Part shown: one piece after another, positions 51,406 through 55,187 of the stretch | Layout: every line of letters starts with the position of its first letter | Position numbering within the stretch: the stretch's first letter is position 1 | Assembly: GCA_947465505.1 (NCBI GenBank) | Contig: CANIBN010000001.1 | Location: 1-55,187 of the forward strand | Length of the DNA: 55,187 bases | Reading direction: 5' to 3' | Source: Acidimicrobiales bacterium | GTDB taxonomy: Bacteria > Actinomycetota > Acidimicrobiia > Acidimicrobiales > Ilumatobacteraceae | Made by a program: the position numbers and the translations under genes | Notes under the pieces: generated by a model | What the model was told of the DNA's origin: nothing | Databases searched by the model: none | What the model saw: the letters and a program-made list of their open reading frames with translations, nothing else

Positions 51406-53530
51406 GGATCATCACCTCCTCGCCATCGTCGGCCAGACCGTGTTCAGCAGAGTGTTTCGGTCGCGGAACGATGGCCGCTGGCACCACGGTGAGCACAATG
51501 ATCGCGGCAATCGCGAACAGCCAGTTGTTGATGAGACCGGCGATGCGCACGAGATAGGCCACGACAAGCGTTCCGCCGATTCCGAGCAACGCATGGGGTC
51601 GGGCGAGGATCTGGTCCCACCGCGGTCGGAGCCTGGTGGCGACGAAACCATCGGGATGCCTGCCGAGCGACAGCCCGGCGAGACCCACCACAATGAGCGT
51701 GTTGCTGCCGAGCTTGTCGAAGAAGTGCTCGGCCCAGCCGAGACGATCGGGTACGAAGTCTGCGATCTTCCCAAAGATCACGTTGTTCAGGCCGAAGCCG
51801 AGGAACACTCCGGCGAACAGCGCAGCGCCGGGCGAGCTGAGACCGGCAACCACCATCACCATGAGCAGGGTGAGGCTGCTGACGAACTGCACCGACTCGG
51901 TGGTTGCGGACTGCATGCCCTGGCCATAGAGCGCACCGCCGAGGCCAGCGAGACCGGCAGACACCGCGAACACCCCGAGCTTTGCCACCTTGATGTTCAT
52001 GCCCAGCGTTGCGCACGCAGCAGGGCTGTCTTTCAGCGCGAGGAGCCGCTGGCCGTAGTTGCTCCGCCGGATCCCCACCACGGCAACGCTGACCAGCGCG
52101 AACACCGCAGCGCCGTAGATGAAGAAGACACGGTTGCCCTCCATCGACAGGCCAAAGAATCGAGTGCGGCGCAGGTCGAGGCTTCCCCCGTTGAAGATGT
52201 CCCAGTCGAGTCCGAGGAACCGGAACCGTGGCAGGAGGAATATCCATCGATCCATCAGGACCGCGAAGGCAGCGGTGCTCAGCGCGAAGTAGATCCCGGA
52301 GAGCCTGAACGAGGGAAGTGCGACGATCATCCCGAGCAGCGCCGGCACCACGATGGCGGCAACCAGGGCGAGCGGGTTTCCCTGCGAGCCGAGGTGCTGC
52401 ACCATGACCATGCCCACACCAGCAAAGCTCATCTGGCAGAGAGACAGTTGGCCGCCGTAGCCGACGACCGGGATGAGCGAAAGCGCGATGATCCCGAGGC
52501 CCCACACCCTGCCGAGCGTGAACAGGTCGGTGCGCGGAATCACGTCGCTGAGCAGTGCCGCCACGAGCACGACACCGACAGCCATGCCTGCAGAACCGGC
52601 CCACGTGGGTCGTTGCACCGTCTCACGCACGCGTGTGATGGCGTGGCCGCGCAGGGGCGACCGGCCCAGCACGAGCACGAGCAGGAGGACGATGACGGGA
52701 ACCGAGGCGAGGAACCCGGGGACGAACTTGTCTGAGAACGGAAGCGAACTCTGGTAGCCACGGAAGTACTCCGTGGCAAGGCCGAGCACCAGGGCGCCGA
52801 GGAAGGTAAGCGGCAGGTTCTTCAGCTTGCCCATCACCGCCGCCGCGTAGGCATTGACGACGAGGAGTGTGAGCGGGAGCGCCGACAGTTTGAGTGTCGG
52901 GGCGATGAGCACGCCGGCGGTTGCGGCCAGCACGGTGCCAACCGACCACGAGGCCATCGAGATGACGTGGGGGCGAGCGCCGTTCAGCGCAACGAGCGAG
53001 CGGTCGTCGACGACGGCTCGCATCGACACACCGAAGCGCGTCCGCTTGAGCACCAGCCACAGGCCGAGTGCCACAAGGAGTGTCACCGCAAGCGTGGCAA
53101 CCACGTGGTACGGAATGCGCACGCCAGCGAGGGTGAGAACGTCGCCCTCCCAGAACCTCGGGAAGGGGCGAGAACGCGACGGGTTCCACAGCCAGAGCGA
53201 CAGGCCGAGTAGTCCAAGCATGAGGCTGATGGTGGTGACCACCTTGGTGGTCTCTGATGAATTGTCGAGGTGCCGCATGACCCCTCGCTCGAGCAGGATG
53301 CCGAACAAGGGCGCAAGGACACCGAGACAGACGATGAGGGCGACCGGGGCCGGCCAGTGCCAGGCGAAGCGCATCTCCCAATAGGTGAACGCGCCGAGCA
53401 TGCTCGTTGCTCCGTGGGCGAAGTTGAAGACGCCGGTGGTGGTGTAGGTCAGCACAAGTCCGGCCGCGGCGATCGCATAGATCGCCGCAGTGCCCAGACC
53501 ACTGACCGTGTAACTGAAGAACTGCTGCAC
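51383..53530 (-). CDS. Fused LivH-LivM type ABC permease (715 aa)
   Basis: The N-terminal half reads MQQFFSYTVSGLGTAAIYAIAAAGLVLTYTTTGVFNFAHGA (LivH pattern). The C-terminal half reads GYGGQLSLCQMSFAGVG... (LivM pattern). It is one uninterrupted frame. Confidence 0.85.
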   Translation of the reverse strand: MQQFFSYTVSGLGTAAIYAIAAAGLVLTYTTTGVFNFAHGATSMLGAFTYWEMRFAWHWPAPVALIVCLGVLAPLFGILLERGVMRHLDNSSETTKVVTTISLMLGLLGLSLWLWNPSRSRPFPRFWEGDVLTLAGVRIPYHVVATLAVTLLVALGLWLVLKRTRFGVSMRAVVDDRSLVALNGARPHVISMASWSVGTVLAATAGVLIAPTLKLSALPLTLLVVNAYAAAVMGKLKNLPLTFLGALVLGLATEYFRGYQSSLPFSDKFVPGFLASVPVIVLLLVLVLGRSPLRGHAITRVRETVQRPTWAGSAGMAVGVVLVAALLSDVIPRTDLFTLGRVWGLGIIALSLIPVVGYGGQLSLCQMSFAGVGMVMVQHLGSQGNPLALVAAIVVPALLGMIVALPSFRLSGIYFALSTAAFAVLMDRWIFLLPRFRFLGLDWDIFNGGSLDLRRTRFFGLSMEGNRVFFIYGAAVFALVSVAVVGIRRSNYGQRLLALKDSPAACATLGMNIKVAKLGVFAVSAGLAGLGGALYGQGMQSATTESVQFVSSLTLLMVMVVAGLSSPGAALFAGVFLGFGLNNVIFGKIADFVPDRLGWAEHFFDKLGSNTLIVVGLAGLSLGRHPDGFVATRLRPRWDQILARPHALLGIGGTLVVAYLVRIAGLINNWLFAIAAIIVLTVVPAAIVPRPKHSAEHGLADDGEEVMIRAGARGH

Positions 53531-53559
53531 CGGCTACTCCCGGCCAGCATTCTCGCAGA

Positions 53560-54945
53560 TCAGGGGGTAAACCCGCTCACTGTGGCCACGTTCTTCGGAT
53601 CACAGTTGAACAGGCCTTTTGTGGCGTTCGTGAAGTCCGAATTGACCACAAACCCCTTGCTCGTTGCCTGCAGCGAGAGGAAACAAGCACTGTCCGTGCC
53701 GCCTCCGTTACCCGGAGTCTCCGGAGCGTGGAGTCCGCCCGCCGTCCAGTTCGTCGTGGACGACGCCTTGCCCATCACACACGCCCTCGTGAGGTTGTCT
53801 CCACAACCCTTGGCGGCGACTGCCCAGAGCAGCCAAGCCGAGAAGGCGTTGATCGCCAGAGCCTTCGGCTCCGCCTTCGCGTACTGCTGAAGCAGATCGA
53901 TCAACTGCTGCGTTGCCGGGTAATCGGCACCTGCCAGTTCGAATGGCACCTGCCCGGTGTTGATGAGCACGGTCGTCTGGTCGAGGGCTGTGCCCGCCTC
54001 CTCGACGAACTTCACGTTGTAGTGGTTTGCCTCCATCACGAGGTACTTGGGGAAGTACCCGACGTCGCCGAGTGCCTTCAGCAGCGATGCAGTGTTCTCG
54101 GGCGTGTCCTCCATCGCGAGCACCTGCACTCCCGCCTTCTTGATGTTCTCGGCATACGTCCGCCAGTTGTCGACCGCCAACGGAGTCTCCTCGTAGTACA
54201 CCTGCGTGAATCCGAGGTCGACAGCGGCCTGCGCATTGCGCTTGCCCGAAGTGTTCAGCGCCGGCAACTGGCTGTTCAGCTCACCGAAGAACGGCACGAC
54301 CGCCGGATCCTTCGCCTGGATCTGGCGATAGATGCCCGTGAGGTGGCTCTGATAGTCCGAATTCACAATTGCGAGGATCGAGTTCTCCGCCCGACCGGCG
54401 CGGGTGGACACGGTGTACGCAGCGATCTCGGCAAGCCCACAGGACGTGCGCGGCTTCACCGTGGTGTCGTCGAGTGCCTCACCGTTGCCCACGAGCATGA
54501 AATCGGACTGGCAGGCCTCGACCATGCGCGGGCCGGCCTCCATGAGCTTTGCATCACGCTTGTTCAGCACGATCTTGCGACCGAGGATTCCACCCGCCTC
54601 GTTGCACCAGCCGACGAAGGCGTCCGCCGCGTCGAACAACTCCTGGTTGAGGCCCGGGATGACGGTGTTCCCGGGGTCGGAGATCGTGCCGACGACGATC
54701 TGGCTGTCGGTGACTCCCTGTTCGGTGGCGCCCTTCGCAGATCCCGGTCCGCATACGCCGACGAGGTCGCCGAAGTCACCTGCACCGCCGCTCGCTGCGA
54801 CGGTCGAGTCGGCCCCCGGCACTGCGGTGGTCTCGGCGGAGGAAGCAACCGTGGTGGTGGAAGCATCGTTCTTGGATCCGCCACAGGCGGTGCCGGCGAG
54901 TGCGGCAAGTAACAACACGCCTACGGCGCGACGGGCAGTGCTCAC
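53560..54945 (-). CDS. Type-1 periplasmic binding protein (LivK-like) lipoprotein, the substrate-binding component of the ABC operon
   Basis: A GTG start gives MSTARRAVGVLLLAALAGTAC (lipobox). A GGGAGAG Shine-Dalgarno lies upstream. It is the first gene of the liv-like operon. Confidence 0.85.
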   Translation of the reverse strand: MSTARRAVGVLLLAALAGTACGGSKNDASTTTVASSAETTAVPGADSTVAASGGAGDFGDLVGVCGPGSAKGATEQGVTDSQIVVGTISDPGNTVIPGLNQELFDAADAFVGWCNEAGGILGRKIVLNKRDAKLMEAGPRMVEACQSDFMLVGNGEALDDTTVKPRTSCGLAEIAAYTVSTRAGRAENSILAIVNSDYQSHLTGIYRQIQAKDPAVVPFFGELNSQLPALNTSGKRNAQAAVDLGFTQVYYEETPLAVDNWRTYAENIKKAGVQVLAMEDTPENTASLLKALGDVGYFPKYLVMEANHYNVKFVEEAGTALDQTTVLINTGQVPFELAGADYPATQQLIDLLQQYAKAEPKALAINAFSAWLLWAVAAKGCGDNLTRACVMGKASSTTNWTAGGLHAPETPGNGGGTDSACFLSLQATSKGFVVNSDFTNATKGLFNCDPKNVATVSGFTP

Positions 54946-55020
54946 GGCGCTCTCCCTTGAGTCGGGGTTACGGACCCCTGAACGCTACCGCCGTCGCTCG
55001 ACCGGCGCCGTCCTCGCTGC

Positions 55021-55187
55021 TCAGACGGGTCGACGGCCGATGCCACCGGACTCGAGCAGCATCCCGGTGAGGGTTCGGTCGAGGTGTCGCGAGCGCCACA
55101 CGAGCATGTCCTGTGCCTCCGCCAGCACCGTGTGCGGATCGGTCTCCTGGGTGCACCAGGTGGGGTCCTTGGCAAGGTCGAAACATC
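55021..55187 (-). CDS. C-terminal fragment of an unidentified protein (the gene starts beyond the window)
   Basis: This frame is not in the ORF track because it has no start in the window. It reads ...CFDLAKDPTWCTQETDPHTVLAEAQDMLVWRSRHLDRTLTGMLLESGGIGRRPV*, with about 85% G/C at third positions. The two listed ORFs in this region are Arg/Pro-rich shadows. Confidence 0.35.
   Translation of the reverse strand, partial: CFDLAKDPTWCTQETDPHTVLAEAQDMLVWRSRHLDRTLTGMLLESGGIGRRPV

Overview
High-GC, actinobacterial-type chromosomal segment. It is densely coding, with about 45 genes, many 4-bp start/stop overlaps and almost no intergenic space. I recognised no rRNA, tRNA, CRISPR array, transposase or integrase. 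Most genes are CoA-dependent or oxidative catabolism: three CaiB/BaiF type-III CoA-transferases, three crotonases, a thiolase, an acyl-CoA dehydrogenase, an acyl-CoA synthetase, two LLM-class oxidoreductases, an FAH-family hydrolase plus an MhpA-like hydroxylase, esterases and a dienelactone hydrolase. There is also a Liv-type ABC uptake operon and a secreted/envelope set: an OafA-like acyltransferase, an M23-like lipoprotein, a 14-repeat SBBP beta-propeller protein and an S8 protease with four FN3 domains. The items I rate most worth follow-up are these. (1) A TlpA-like thioredoxin-fold lipoprotein whose CxxC motif reads U(TGA)xxC, with the reading frame and fold motifs intact for 99 more codons and a GC-rich hairpin just 3' of the TGA. 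This is a candidate selenoprotein; the alternative is a recent nonsense pseudogene. (2) A 932-aa ABC-exporter-like protein in which every catalytic NBD motif is degenerate. It is fused to a cNMP-binding domain and a winged-helix-like tail, and a perfect 13-bp inverted repeat abuts its start codon. (3) A natural Baeyer-Villiger monooxygenase-esterase fusion with a His-to-Leu change in the BVMO fingerprint. (4) A two-gene operon encoding a signal-less PhnD-like binding protein and a Cys-less TusA-like/diiron ferritin-like fusion. (5) A 1514-aa polytopic membrane protein with a DUF2510 N-terminus. (6) A nested palindromic tandem repeat between convergent genes. (7) A frame-disrupted GT10 fucosyltransferase remnant. 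All family assignments rest on motifs read by eye from the translations; no database search was run.
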